A DNA stretch of 64,000 nt from Salinispira sp. (lineage in GTDB: Bacteria > Spirochaetota > Spirochaetia > DSM-27196 > Salinispiraceae): assembly GCA_965602015.1 (NCBI GenBank), contig OZ271918.1, forward strand, positions 416,001-480,000, in the 5' to 3' direction. The stretch's first letter is position 1; every line of letters starts with the position of its first letter. Positions 48,848-59,355 of this stretch are shown in pieces. The position numbers and the translations under genes are program-made. Below the pieces are notes generated by a model. It was not told where the DNA came from and did not search any database. It saw only the letters and a list, made by a program, of their open reading frames with translations.

Positions 48848-50092
48848 CTATAGCACCTCCTCCAAGACGTAAAAAATTCCCTCGTCTGTCCCGAATATTA
48901 TCCACGGACCGGCGATAACCGGGGTGTTAAGAATGCTCCCCTCGACCTCGATATCCCAGATCACCGATCCGTCCCGTGGAGAGGCGCAGATCAGACGGCC
49001 CACTCCGTCAACCGCCTCAAGGCCGAAGTAGAGGCGATCTCCCGAGAGAGTGGGGGCGGTGCTTACGGGGGTGGGATACATGCGCCGCCACAGCTCGGCT
49101 CCGTCGCCCGCCCGGTAGGACCGCAGGAGCTGATCGCCCATGGCAAAAATCACCTGATTGCGCCAGATCAAAGGCGCACCGTAATCTAGCAGCAGGGAAT
49201 TCTTGAGTAGGTAGTCCCGGGCCAGCAGCAGGTCGCCGCCGGCGCTCAGCAGGGCCGGATCGCGGGTTTCCCACAGCAGCTCGCCGCTGCGCACATCATG
49301 GGCGGCAAAGTAATGCTCCCAAAGCCCCGGCTCTACCAGGCCGGTAACGGAAAAAAAGAGGCGCCGGTTTTTTACCGCCGGAAAGCTGTACCAATAGTAT
49401 ATGTCGAGCTCATCGCTCAGACTCCAGAGATACTGCCGGCTTTCCAGATCGTAAACCGAAAGGTTAAACGGATCTTCGGGGGTCCCCGGAGCAAAGGCCA
49501 AAATGTCGTCGAAAATCTGGTAGGAGTTGCGGTACCATACCGCATTGTCCAGGGTGTAGCGAAGCTCGCCGTCGGTGGAGATGAAGTACACCGCATCGGC
49601 ATCGCCGGACGCCACTATCATGTCCTGATAGGGGATAATTGTGGAATTTACCTGCCCCTGGGCCTGGTATTGCCATGCTACCTCGCCGTTGCGGCGGTAC
49701 AGAGCATAGATAATCCCGTCGCTGGAGCCGAAATAGACTTTTTCCCGGTCCACATAGGCCACGGAATTTATCGGTCCTCCGCTGCGGAATGTCCAGTTCA
49801 TGTATCCGCTTCCCAGGTCCAGGCTATAAAAATTCCCGTCGGCCGAGCCGAAGTAAATCGTATTGTCTAATACCAGGGGCTGATTGAAGTGACGCCGATC
49901 GTCGGGCTGCTTTGACAGCAGAAGCCGCCACCTCACGGCTATGGGCGCTTCAATGCTCGTTCTGGCCTGTCCGAGACCTCGGTTTCCCCGGAACTCTATC
50001 CACTGTCTGCGGCCGGAACAGCCGGTAAGCAGCAGCAGGGCAACGGCAGACAGCAGCGCAGCGTGGGACAGCCTCATCCGCCTATTCATCAC
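48848..50092 (-). CDS. PQQ-like (BamB-type) beta-propeller lipoprotein
   Basis: Lipobox LTGC; repeated YFGS.DG..Y.L....G...W blades. Confidence 0.88.
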   Translation of the reverse strand: MMNRRMRLSHAALLSAVALLLLTGCSGRRQWIEFRGNRGLGQARTSIEAPIAVRWRLLLSKQPDDRRHFNQPLVLDNTIYFGSADGNFYSLDLGSGYMNWTFRSGGPINSVAYVDREKVYFGSSDGIIYALYRRNGEVAWQYQAQGQVNSTIIPYQDMIVASGDADAVYFISTDGELRYTLDNAVWYRNSYQIFDDILAFAPGTPEDPFNLSVYDLESRQYLWSLSDELDIYYWYSFPAVKNRRLFFSVTGLVEPGLWEHYFAAHDVRSGELLWETRDPALLSAGGDLLLARDYLLKNSLLLDYGAPLIWRNQVIFAMGDQLLRSYRAGDGAELWRRMYPTPVSTAPTLSGDRLYFGLEAVDGVGRLICASPRDGSVIWDIEVEGSILNTPVIAGPWIIFGTDEGIFYVLEEVL

Positions 50093-52314
50093 AGGTACCT
50101 CAGGTCTTTTATGCCAAACGCCTGTTTTAAGAGTATGCCCGGTCCCCTTCGCATGCGGATTATCCGACGGTATTCCTCGCGGAGCTGCCTGAACTCTTCG
50201 ATGTTCAGCGGATCGGTTCCTATGGAGCCGTCCCCGGGTTTATCAGGTTTGGAACCGAAGACGAGCTTTTCATACAATGACGCAAAAGCCGCCAATTCGG
50301 GATAGCTCGAGGCGTAGTCCCGCACCGTGGCGTCGGGCTCTTTTAGTTCATAGCCCCGGGCGTAGAGCCTGATGAGCAGCAGGCGGTAGAGGGCCTTGTA
50401 TCCCTTCTCGGTATTTTTTTTGGAGACTATGCCAAGACGGATGATCCGTTCCCATCGCAGAACGTAGAGCGCAGCCAGCGAAAGCAGCGCGGCAGAAAGG
50501 GCAATCCTGATAATCAGGCCCCAGGGAATTTCGATCTGCTGCTGAACCACGGTGCGTTCCCTGATATCGGGAATCACCACATTGAGATTGTTGGGGTTCA
50601 TGTCTCCCGCCGGGGGAATGGCGAAGGCGGTGGCTTCGAAATCCACCCATCCGTAAACCGGCAGATAAAACTGAGGCCAGGAGTGGCGGTGGGCGGTGGT
50701 TACCAGAAACAGGTCGTCGGGATCCTCTCCTTCCAGGGGCGGGTAGCGGTTGCGAATTTCATCCAGGGCCATCACGTGATTCGGGCTTTGTAGGTCCCGG
50801 GAAACCAGGTAGCCGGTCACCACCCGGCTGGGTATTCCCGCCATGCGGGCGAGAATCGCCGCCGAGTTGGAGAACTCCGTGCAGTCGCCGGTGCGGTTTT
50901 CGAACAGAAATGCGCTGATGGCCTGGATGCTGACATTGTCGGTAAAGCCCAGCTCGTACTGGAAGCTGGAAAAGTTGCGGAGTATGGCGACTATCCTCTC
51001 CATAAAGCCGTCGCCATCATCGATGATTCCATCGAGGAAATCCTGATACTGCCGGCGGTAGTCTTCGGTGAGTCCGACTTCCAGGTAAGGAGCCATCTGT
51101 TCCTGCTCTTCGCTGGTCAGCCGCCCCAGCCGGGGGAACTGTCCGCCCATGCTGATATTCGATATGAGGCTGCGGGTCCGATAGGTGTAGGACAGGGGGT
51201 GCCAGCGACGGTCGTACACTGTGGGCTCCAGGTTAAAGGGCTGAAAGCTGCTGACCTTGTCGGGAATCGTCGAGTACACATCGATCCATACCGGCACCCG
51301 GTTGCGAAGGGGAAGGGGGTCCGGATTGACCCAGCTCTCCAGGAACTGGCTTCGGATGAGGCGGTTGAGCTCGAAATCCGGGTCGCTGTAGAAACCCCGA
51401 ACCGGATCCATCAGATTGTAATACTCGTCCGCCAGGTATACGGGTTCCCGGGGGCTTGAGACCACCATAACCATGTACTGGTTGCGCATGGCTCCGCCCT
51501 GCCCGTCGCCCGGACGGGGTTCCCGTCCCCATCGCTCGGCGTTCATCATTAATAGCTGACCGAGTTCGTCTCCCTCTCCGCTCTGGTCAGTCGGGTTTCC
51601 GTCGCCGACGAGGTTGCCCCGGTTTCCCGGGGAATCCCGGTCGCTGTCAAAGGTTCTCAGTTCGGGTTCCAAAATATTGTCGAGATTATTCAAGACCTGC
51701 AGGCGGCTCACGAAATCCGGGGGGATAAATAGCACCAATGACAGGGCGGTGCCGATAAACAGGGCTGCGGATATTATCGACTCGCGAAGATCCGGACGGC
51801 TTTTCCTGGATGAGTACTCGAAACGGTAAATCAGCAGGGCATAGAGGGCAAAACCCGCAATCATCAGCACAAACATGACGCTGTTGAACCCTCTTGCCGC
51901 GGCCGCGGCTTCTTCGCTGACCCGTGAGAATCCCATAAGGCGGTATAAAATCCACGCATAGTAGAACGGCTCCGGATAAAGCAGCCGGCCCATGCGCTTC
52001 TGGAAAATCAGCCAGGTCGAGAAATAGGCGTACCAGCCGGTCAGGGCGAAATCCAGGAGGGTTCTGCTGAAGCCGGTCCAGGGCAGAAACAGCAGGGGCA
52101 TGGCGATGATAATCATGTGGCTGATGCTCACTCCCCGGCGCTTTCCCAGCCGGGGTCCGAACCACCCCAGAAGCATTCCTGCGGGAACAATGACCAGGCT
52201 GCGGAGAATAAAACTTCCTTCCCAGTACAGGCTTATGCCCGGGAGAAACGCCGGGACGGCCATGAGCAGGAGGTAAATAGCGCCGCGGCTCCAAAAAATG
52301 TATGACATTACCAT
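50089..52314 (-). CDS. Membrane-anchored transglutaminase-like protein
   Basis: N-terminal TMs; GDCTEFS (Cys), GIPSRVVTGY, HSW (His), GWVDFEAT; C-terminal TM; start may be 52308. Confidence 0.88.
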   Translation of the reverse strand: MVMSYIFWSRGAIYLLLMAVPAFLPGISLYWEGSFILRSLVIVPAGMLLGWFGPRLGKRRGVSISHMIIIAMPLLFLPWTGFSRTLLDFALTGWYAYFSTWLIFQKRMGRLLYPEPFYYAWILYRLMGFSRVSEEAAAAARGFNSVMFVLMIAGFALYALLIYRFEYSSRKSRPDLRESIISAALFIGTALSLVLFIPPDFVSRLQVLNNLDNILEPELRTFDSDRDSPGNRGNLVGDGNPTDQSGEGDELGQLLMMNAERWGREPRPGDGQGGAMRNQYMVMVVSSPREPVYLADEYYNLMDPVRGFYSDPDFELNRLIRSQFLESWVNPDPLPLRNRVPVWIDVYSTIPDKVSSFQPFNLEPTVYDRRWHPLSYTYRTRSLISNISMGGQFPRLGRLTSEEQEQMAPYLEVGLTEDYRRQYQDFLDGIIDDGDGFMERIVAILRNFSSFQYELGFTDNVSIQAISAFLFENRTGDCTEFSNSAAILARMAGIPSRVVTGYLVSRDLQSPNHVMALDEIRNRYPPLEGEDPDDLFLVTTAHRHSWPQFYLPVYGWVDFEATAFAIPPAGDMNPNNLNVVIPDIRERTVVQQQIEIPWGLIIRIALSAALLSLAALYVLRWERIIRLGIVSKKNTEKGYKALYRLLLIRLYARGYELKEPDATVRDYASSYPELAAFASLYEKLVFGSKPDKPGDGSIGTDPLNIEEFRQLREEYRRIIRMRRGPGILLKQAFGIKDLRYL

Positions 52315-53591
52315 AGACACCTCAGTCGGTATTGGCGGAGCTGATTGCAATGAGACCCGTCGAAACGGAGAGCCGGCGGATTAAGCTCCCCGGGCAGAAC
52401 ACGGGGAAAAAATGCTCCGGGAGTAATTTCCGCCGGTAGATACTTACCCGCCAGATCGGCGCTTCGCCGCTCGCTGCCGGGGCGGTCTTCTTCGCCGACT
52501 CCCTGAACGAGATACATGTCCAAATCTTCAGACCGATACCCCCGTATCCATTTAAACAGATTCGCGCACAGGCTGTGACTAAAAACCATAACCGAAGAGT
52601 CAATTCGGGGCAGGGCGTCGTCGTCCATTCGTTCCGGCGGAAGCCAGTCAGCCAGCGCCCTGTACGCCCGGCGTTCATCCTCGGTATCTGAAATTGATAT
52701 CATCCGCTTATTGAGATAAAGCTCGATGCGGTAGCCCGGGTGAGAGCTCCGGATGCCGTCGATGAGCCCGGATACCAGTGATTTTATCGCCGCGAGCTGC
52801 AAATGATATCCTCCGCGGGCCGAATTGCCGCCGCTCTCGCTCAGGACCAGCATGCGGACGAGCCGGGTCCGGGCTTCGGACTCCGGGGGAATCCGGGTGA
52901 GAAGTTTGTTGATCCGGCCGGAAGCCTTCCAGTTGATGTCCCGGGCAAGGTCGCCGGGCTGATAGTCCCTGATGAAGATTTTTTCCTGATCGGATTTCTT
53001 CGCCTTGGCGTTGTCGTCCTCGCTGGTGCGGCTGTCGATGAATTTGATATCGCCGAGGGGATGCCGGGAAGCCAGCACAGTACATTGCCGGTCTCTCATC
53101 TGCCCCAGCCGTCTTCTGCCCAAGCCGAATACATCCTGTATGGAAAAACTGGCATGCATGTACAGGGTGCCGGGCAGGGGGGGGCGGAAATCCGTGTCGC
53201 AGCTTTCCACACCCTCGAGTCTGTACAAACCCTGTGCGGAATAGGTCAGCCGATCCCCGCAGCGGAGCTCATAGCGTATTGCCGCATGGAAGCGGTAGAA
53301 CGGCGGCAGCCGCCAGCGCCGCATGCTCAGCCGGTGACCGGAGGCCCGAAACCCCGCGGTGAGGTCCGCCGCCGAGTCCCAACTGACATCCTCCAGCAAA
53401 CCGTCGGTGGGAATGAACCGGGGAACCGTGGCGGCGATTATGCACAGGCCCATTGCCAAAAGACCTCCGCCGGTGGCCAGGGCTTCACCCCGGGCCAGAC
53501 CGCTTCCCAACAGCAGGAGGGCGGCCAGAAACAGCAGGCTGCCGAACAGGGTCAGGGGATACAGCGTTGTCAGACGGCGAAAGAAGCTCAT
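52308..53591 (-). CDS. DUF58 domain protein
   Basis: Two N-terminal TMs, DVFGL, IRDYQPGD..RDINWKAS. Confidence 0.88.
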   Translation of the reverse strand: MSFFRRLTTLYPLTLFGSLLFLAALLLLGSGLARGEALATGGGLLAMGLCIIAATVPRFIPTDGLLEDVSWDSAADLTAGFRASGHRLSMRRWRLPPFYRFHAAIRYELRCGDRLTYSAQGLYRLEGVESCDTDFRPPLPGTLYMHASFSIQDVFGLGRRRLGQMRDRQCTVLASRHPLGDIKFIDSRTSEDDNAKAKKSDQEKIFIRDYQPGDLARDINWKASGRINKLLTRIPPESEARTRLVRMLVLSESGGNSARGGYHLQLAAIKSLVSGLIDGIRSSHPGYRIELYLNKRMISISDTEDERRAYRALADWLPPERMDDDALPRIDSSVMVFSHSLCANLFKWIRGYRSEDLDMYLVQGVGEEDRPGSERRSADLAGKYLPAEITPGAFFPRVLPGELNPPALRFDGSHCNQLRQYRLRCLW

Positions 53592-53593
53592 GA

Positions 53594-54565
53594 TTAATTG
53601 ACGATGGCGCGGTAGCTGGGATCCACAGAGGTGTTTTTGATGATATCGCGAAGAACGTCCTTCTCATCGATCTCCGCATCAAAACATTCGAGACGGTGGG
53701 CAACCGCAGGCAGAAGCACCTCCTTCACGTCGTCGATGCTTGGGTAGCTTCGGCCCCGCACCAGGGCGAGGGCCCGAACCAGCCGGGAAAGCTTCACACC
53801 GGTCCTGGGGCTGGCGCCCAGTTCCAGTTGCGGGTGGTTTCGGGTAGCCCTTACCACCGAGACTATATAGTCCAGTACGTCCCGATGAATTTCCATCTGA
53901 TCGACGGCGGCCATCCATTCCAGGAGCTCGGCTTCGCTGACCACCGGAGCGAAGGAATCCCATGCGCTGCTTCGCCCGTGCATCTCGATTATCGCCCGCT
54001 CATCCTCCTCGTTGGGGTATCCCAGGGAGATCTGCAGCATGAAACGGTCGAGCTGGGGGGCCGGCAGGGGGAAGAGATGGCTGCCCTTCAAGTTCATGGT
54101 AGATATCAGAAAGAACACTTCGGGTAGCCGATACGTCCGCCCTTCTATGGTTACCGCCTTTTCTTCCATTGCCTGGAAAAAACTCCCCTGGGTCTTCGGG
54201 GTCAAAAGATTGATCTCGTCGCAGAGAATAAAATGCGAAAAAATCGGACCGCGGTTGAACATCATTGCGAACTCGTTGCCCACGATTCGGCTGAATCCGA
54301 GGATGTCCTGGGGCAGCAAATCGACGGTGCACTGTATGCGGTTGAAGAATGAAATCTCCACTCCGTCGACGGTTCTGGTCTTTTCCGGCCAGCCGATACT
54401 GCCTGCCAAGGCCCGGGCGAGGGAAGTCTTTCCCACTCCGTGGGTGTCGGCCAGCATCACATGGCCTCCGGCAATCATGGCGGCAATGATGTATTCCAGT
54501 TTCTTTCTATCGGCGTAGATAACCGACGCGATATTGTCAATGAGACGGTCGATATGCTCTTTCAT
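53594..54565 (-). CDS. MoxR family AAA+ ATPase
   Basis: GGHVML, GVGKT.LA, RIQCTVDLLPQDI.G, DEIN..TPKTQ, FPLP.PQLDRF, GASPR. Confidence 0.93.
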   Translation of the reverse strand: MKEHIDRLIDNIASVIYADRKKLEYIIAAMIAGGHVMLADTHGVGKTSLARALAGSIGWPEKTRTVDGVEISFFNRIQCTVDLLPQDILGFSRIVGNEFAMMFNRGPIFSHFILCDEINLLTPKTQGSFFQAMEEKAVTIEGRTYRLPEVFFLISTMNLKGSHLFPLPAPQLDRFMLQISLGYPNEEDERAIIEMHGRSSAWDSFAPVVSEAELLEWMAAVDQMEIHRDVLDYIVSVVRATRNHPQLELGASPRTGVKLSRLVRALALVRGRSYPSIDDVKEVLLPAVAHRLECFDAEIDEKDVLRDIIKNTSVDPSYRAIVN

Positions 54566-54737
54566 CTCTTAAATATAGCGGCTGCCGCGGACAAAGGACA
54601 AGCTACATCAAAAGTGCAAGAATATACAAAAACTGGTAAAAAAAATACAAAACAATCTTGATACGAGGGGATGCTCCGGGTAGCATTGACCCACGCCCGT
54701 TGCACTGTGCATCGGGCTAACCCAAGGAGGATGAATT

Positions 54738-55529
54738 ATGAAAAAAATAGTGATGGCATTTCTGCTTGTCGCACTCTGCGCCCTTCCGCTCGTCGCCGGA
54801 GGCGGTGTGGAAGATCTCGAGGCGATTCAGCGCCGGGGAGTGCTTCGCCTCGGCACTTCCGCGGACTATGCGCCGTATGAGTTTCACACCATCATTGACG
54901 GAAAGGACACCATCGTCGGGTTCGATATCGAAATCGCAAAGGTGATCGCCGCTGACCTGGGAGTCGAACTCGATATTCAGGACATCGGCTTCGACGGCCT
55001 TCTTCAGGCTCTCAACAGCGGGAAGGTGGACATGGTAATCGCCGGCATGACCCCCACCGAAGAGCGGCGGCAGAGCGTGGATTTCTCGGAAATCTACTAC
55101 ATTGCCCAACAGGCTGTACTGGTGCGAAGCGAAGATGCGGATACCTATTCAAGCATTGAAGCATTAGCGGGACTGCCGGTCGGCGCCCAACTTGCCTCGA
55201 TTCAGGAGGGATTGGTGGAAGACGAAATGCCCGAATCCCGACTGGTTGCCCTTGGTAAAATTCCCGACCTTGTTCTCGAGCTTCAAAATGAGAAGATCGA
55301 AGCCTTGGTAATCGAGCTTCCGGTGGCCAACGGCTACGTGCAGGCCAATCCCGGTCTTGCTATTTCGGCAATCCAAATAGGCGATGTCGACGGCGGTTCA
55401 GCCGTGGCGGTTCGCAAAGGAAACGAAGAGCTGCTTGCGTCGATTAACGACACCCTTGCACGCCTTATTGCCGACGGCTCCATCGACCGCTTTGTTGCGG
55501 AAGCCAACGAGCTCAACGTCACAAACTAA
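54738..55529 (+). CDS. Polar amino-acid ABC substrate-binding protein
   Basis: Signal peptide; GTSADYAPYEF, GFDIEIA, MTPTEER..SVDFS. Confidence 0.93.
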   Translation: MKKIVMAFLLVALCALPLVAGGGVEDLEAIQRRGVLRLGTSADYAPYEFHTIIDGKDTIVGFDIEIAKVIAADLGVELDIQDIGFDGLLQALNSGKVDMVIAGMTPTEERRQSVDFSEIYYIAQQAVLVRSEDADTYSSIEALAGLPVGAQLASIQEGLVEDEMPESRLVALGKIPDLVLELQNEKIEALVIELPVANGYVQANPGLAISAIQIGDVDGGSAVAVRKGNEELLASINDTLARLIADGSIDRFVAEANELNVTN

Positions 55530-55550
55530 TGTCTGTAAGGCTGGCACGTT

Positions 55551-56222
55551 GTGAATTTTAGTTTTTTAGGCCGGTACTGGAGCTATTTTCTCTTTGGCTC
55601 GGTGAACACCGTCATTCTGGCGATTTTTACCGTGCTGATGGGAACCCTCCTCGGCCTCTTTATTTCCCTGATGCGCCTCTCGAAAACCCAGGCGCTTTCA
55701 TTTACCGCCCGGGCATACATAGAGGTCATCAGGGGAACCCCCATCCTGGTACAGATATTTATCATCTATTACGGCCTGCCGATTAACATCCCGCAGACCA
55801 TGTTCCTCGGTGTGGATCTCGCCAGGTTTATCCCGGGTATTATCGCCTTGTCGATAAACTCCAGCGCCTATGTGGCGGAAATTATCCGGGCGGGCATTCA
55901 GGCCGTGGACAAGGGGCAGATGGAAGCTTCCCGCAGCCTTGGTTTTTCCCACCGGGACAGCATGCGGCTTGTTATCCTGCCCCAGGCGGTAAAAAATATT
56001 CTGCCGGCGCTTGGCAATGAGTTCGTCGTCGTTATTAAAGAATCATCCATCGTGTCTGTCATCGGCATATCTGAGCTTATGTACAACGCGGGGATAGTCC
56101 GGGGGGCGACCTACCGGCCAATGGAACCCCTGCTCATTGCGGCGGTTATTTATTTTATTCTGACTTTCAGCATTTCAAAGCTTCTGGGTGTGGCAGAACG
56201 GAGGATGAGCAGCGGTGATTGA
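55551..56222 (+). CDS. Polar amino-acid ABC permease
   Basis: [31 protein letters not shown]. Confidence 0.95.
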   Translation: MNFSFLGRYWSYFLFGSVNTVILAIFTVLMGTLLGLFISLMRLSKTQALSFTARAYIEVIRGTPILVQIFIIYYGLPINIPQTMFLGVDLARFIPGIIALSINSSAYVAEIIRAGIQAVDKGQMEASRSLGFSHRDSMRLVILPQAVKNILPALGNEFVVVIKESSIVSVIGISELMYNAGIVRGATYRPMEPLLIAAVIYFILTFSISKLLGVAERRMSSGD

Positions 56223-56937
56223 GGTTCGTGCGTTACACAAGTATTTCGGAAGCCTGCATGTACTCAAGGGTATTGATGCCAGCATCTCCCAGGGGGAGGT
56301 GGTGGTGATCATCGGACCCTCGGGTTCGGGGAAGAGCACATTCCTGCGTTGCCTTAACCTTCTCGAGCAGCCCACCGAAGGCGCCATTGAATTCGAGGGG
56401 CTCGATATTACCTCCGTAGGCAACAATATCGATGAACAGCGGCAGAAGATGGGAATGGTTTTTCAAAACTTCAATCTGTTTCCCCATCTGGACGTGATGG
56501 GCAATATTACCCTTGGCCCCATCCGCCTCAAGGGGTTAAGCCGGGAGCAGGCCGAAGACAAGGCCATGAAGCTCTTGCGCCGGGTCGGACTGCCCGACAA
56601 GGCCCGGGAATATCCGTCCCGACTTTCCGGAGGGCAAAAACAGCGCATCGCAATTGTGCGGGCCCTGGCGATGAACCCCGACGTCATGTTGTTCGACGAA
56701 CCCACCTCAGCCCTGGACCCTGAGATGGTCGGAGAAGTGCTTGAAGTTATGAAAGACCTGGCACGGGAGGGCATGACCATGGCGGTGGTCAGCCATGAGA
56801 TGGGTTTCGCCCGGGAAGTGGGCCACCGAATCCTGTTTATGGATGACGGCAAAATACTCGAGGAAAACCCGCCGGCTCAACTTTTTGATTCCCCCCGGCA
56901 TCCCCGGCTGGTGGATTTTCTGTCCAAAGTTTTGTAA
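56215..56937 (+). CDS. Polar amino-acid ABC ATP-binding protein (GlnQ type)
   Basis: [28 protein letters not shown]. Confidence 0.95.
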   Translation: MIEVRALHKYFGSLHVLKGIDASISQGEVVVIIGPSGSGKSTFLRCLNLLEQPTEGAIEFEGLDITSVGNNIDEQRQKMGMVFQNFNLFPHLDVMGNITLGPIRLKGLSREQAEDKAMKLLRRVGLPDKAREYPSRLSGGQKQRIAIVRALAMNPDVMLFDEPTSALDPEMVGEVLEVMKDLAREGMTMAVVSHEMGFAREVGHRILFMDDGKILEENPPAQLFDSPRHPRLVDFLSKVL

Positions 56938-57024
56938 ATCCACCCGGATACGCTTTTTATTCTCCCGCTTGGCTGCTCAACTTTCTGTTCCTCTGTCTGC
57001 TCAGCTGCCTGGTATGCTGTCTGT

Positions 57025-59268
57025 TTATCTATGGGGAGGGCGTCCCGGAGGCGGAAGGCGTTTTTTCCCATCGCCCATTCCCAGTTCTTCCGTTAGCAAC
57101 AGGAGCTCGGAAAGCTGGTTCTGAAGTTGGAAAACAAGCGTATCTTCATTCGTATTTTGCTGCCCGGATGCCAATTCTGCAGATTGCAAAGCAGTAAACC
57201 GCTCCCGTATTTCTCCGATATCATCGGCATGCTTTGCCAATGCAATTGCATCGACGGCCTTCGCTGCCTGGGCAACGCACTCTTCAAGAGCCTCAAATTC
57301 TGCGGCCGCCTTTTCTGCCAGGCTGCGCCCCTTTTCTATCTCAATGGCCACCTTGTCCACCTGATTGTTTGTCTCTCCGACGGAGCCCGAGCTGCGGCTC
57401 GCAAGTTTTCTTACTTCATCGGCAACAACCGCAAAGCCCCGTCCGTACTTCCCCGCCCGGGCCGCCTCGACATTAGCGTTGAGGGCGAGCAGGTTTATCT
57501 GAAATGAGATGTCTTCTATAATTTTTGCAATTCCTCGGATGCTCTTGCTCGATGCGAGTATTTCATCGAAGGCCGCAGCTAAATCGCTTATAACTTCCCG
57601 CGCCCGGCCCGTATGTTCTGCGGCGCCGCCGACGTGGCGAGCGCTCTGGATAATTCTTTGCCTGGTCTTCTCGTTCCTCTCCACATGTTTATCTAACAGG
57701 GCCGCCACATTATCACTGTCTTTCTTTCCCCCGGGGTAATTATGAAGTGACTCAAACCGGGCAATGAGCAGGCTTGCGCTGTGATGAACGTCTGCCGCAG
57801 CATTTCGCACCCGGCCAATACCCTGCGAAAGAGAATCGGCCCACAGTAACAGCTCACCTGAAATTCCGTTTTTGTCTTCATCATTTATTTCAAGGTCTTG
57901 TACGCCTCCGCTTTCCCCCGAAATCTTCGACAGTATTGTCTGAATCCTCCGGCTGACTCCCAACTCATGATTCAGGACCCTGATAAGCCGGCAAATCTCC
58001 CCTTTGTCCGCTTCGGATTTCTGATTTACTCCGGAATACTGGGCACTGTGCATGCGGGCATTACTGATGGCCCGCTCTATCGGTGCTGTCAGACTCCCGG
58101 CATATAATGCTCCGGCCAGTAGGATAAGGGCGAGCATAACAATCCCGCTGATGAAAAGTCTTCGGCCGAGCATGCGAAGGGCATCACGTACTTCCTCCAG
58201 CTCTGCACGGGTGACGACTGTCCAGCTTCCGCCTCCCCCGGGAAGCGCTATTACCTGCTCGACGGACAGAACGTCGCGGTCAGCCGTTGGTGAAGACGGT
58301 TCTTCCGCGATTGTAGCCGCGATTGTACCCGTACTTGTCATCGCGTCGCCGGCAAAGTCGCTGCTGCGGCGGCGGTCGTCATTGTCCTGGCTTGCCTTTA
58401 TACGGTAGCCGTCGCCGATGAGGTAGCTGATAGAATCCGCATTCCCCTCGCCTGCTGAGCCGAGAATACGGCGTAGTTCTTCCGGCGAAAACTGGAAAAT
58501 CACCATGCCGGTGGCGGTTCGCCCTGAAAAAACCGGCGCAGCAATATATGCTCGCGCTCCGGTGACCGAAGCCCCTATCAAACCCGCAGGTCTTTCACTG
58601 TCCGTAGTAATAAAATCCGTCGTAATAAAATCCGTCATGATAAAATCTGCAGCCTCGGGATTTTCCCGGATTCTTTGAATAATCAGGCTAAGGGCCTGGT
58701 TGGTTCGTCTGCTTTTATCCAGCCCCACGGCAAAACTGTCTCCTTTTGAGACCGAATAGAGCACAGTTCCGCTGTTGATATCCGCCAGCAGCATGTCCGC
58801 ATAGCGGTAGTTTGCCAATCGGCGTCTTAACACCGGGTGCTTTTCCCGGTGAACCGCGCTGTACAGGCTGCCGTCGGCGGCAAACTCCAGCCGATCCAGG
58901 CTCTCCGAAGGGTGCGGATTTTCGGCGATATACCATCGCCTCAGATATTCCGAAGCGCTCTGGCCTGATTGCAGCGGCATATCGGTCTCGAGCAATGCGT
59001 ATGCGGCCCCGAACTCCGCTATGGCCCCGGCGATAAAGGGGTCGGCGGCCTCCAAAAGAACCCGGGATTCCAGGGAGGATAGATACTCTCTCACCCTGGC
59101 GCTTTGAATCCGGTTGAGGTTCTGGAGCCCCGATTTCAACTGACTATGTAGGGCGGAACGGGCACTCGCCAGACTGACGGCAAAAAAAACTCCGGAGGAC
59201 AGGATTGCGATGAGCCCGACCAGCATCGGGATCTGGAATCTCAGTGAGCGAAATGCCGGAAGCTTCAT
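57025..59268 (-). CDS. Methyl-accepting chemotaxis protein (divergent)
   Basis: Two TMs, sensor related to that of the MCP at 7957, [33 protein letters not shown]. Confidence 0.88.
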   Translation of the reverse strand: MKLPAFRSLRFQIPMLVGLIAILSSGVFFAVSLASARSALHSQLKSGLQNLNRIQSARVREYLSSLESRVLLEAADPFIAGAIAEFGAAYALLETDMPLQSGQSASEYLRRWYIAENPHPSESLDRLEFAADGSLYSAVHREKHPVLRRRLANYRYADMLLADINSGTVLYSVSKGDSFAVGLDKSRRTNQALSLIIQRIRENPEAADFIMTDFITTDFITTDSERPAGLIGASVTGARAYIAAPVFSGRTATGMVIFQFSPEELRRILGSAGEGNADSISYLIGDGYRIKASQDNDDRRRSSDFAGDAMTSTGTIAATIAEEPSSPTADRDVLSVEQVIALPGGGGSWTVVTRAELEEVRDALRMLGRRLFISGIVMLALILLAGALYAGSLTAPIERAISNARMHSAQYSGVNQKSEADKGEICRLIRVLNHELGVSRRIQTILSKISGESGGVQDLEINDEDKNGISGELLLWADSLSQGIGRVRNAAADVHHSASLLIARFESLHNYPGGKKDSDNVAALLDKHVERNEKTRQRIIQSARHVGGAAEHTGRAREVISDLAAAFDEILASSKSIRGIAKIIEDISFQINLLALNANVEAARAGKYGRGFAVVADEVRKLASRSSGSVGETNNQVDKVAIEIEKGRSLAEKAAAEFEALEECVAQAAKAVDAIALAKHADDIGEIRERFTALQSAELASGQQNTNEDTLVFQLQNQLSELLLLTEELGMGDGKKRLPPPGRPPHR
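58601..58647. repeat. 15-bp tandem repeat (three copies) inside the MCP sensor domain
   Basis: tccgtagtaataaaa / tccgtcgtaataaaa / tccgtcatgataaaa; encodes [15 protein letters not shown]. Confidence 0.9.
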
Positions 59269-59355
59269 TGATATCCTCCTGTATCCAGCTTACTGAATTT
59301 TCTTTCCGCTTTGGTTTTTTTTGTGTTTTTATCGTAATCCAATTAGAATGACAGC

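Noticed and set aside
48521..50092. Programmed stop-codon read-through joining the beta-propeller and the AraC fragment
   Set aside because: An exported lipoprotein fused to a broken DNA-binding fragment is implausible, and being in frame has a one-in-three chance.
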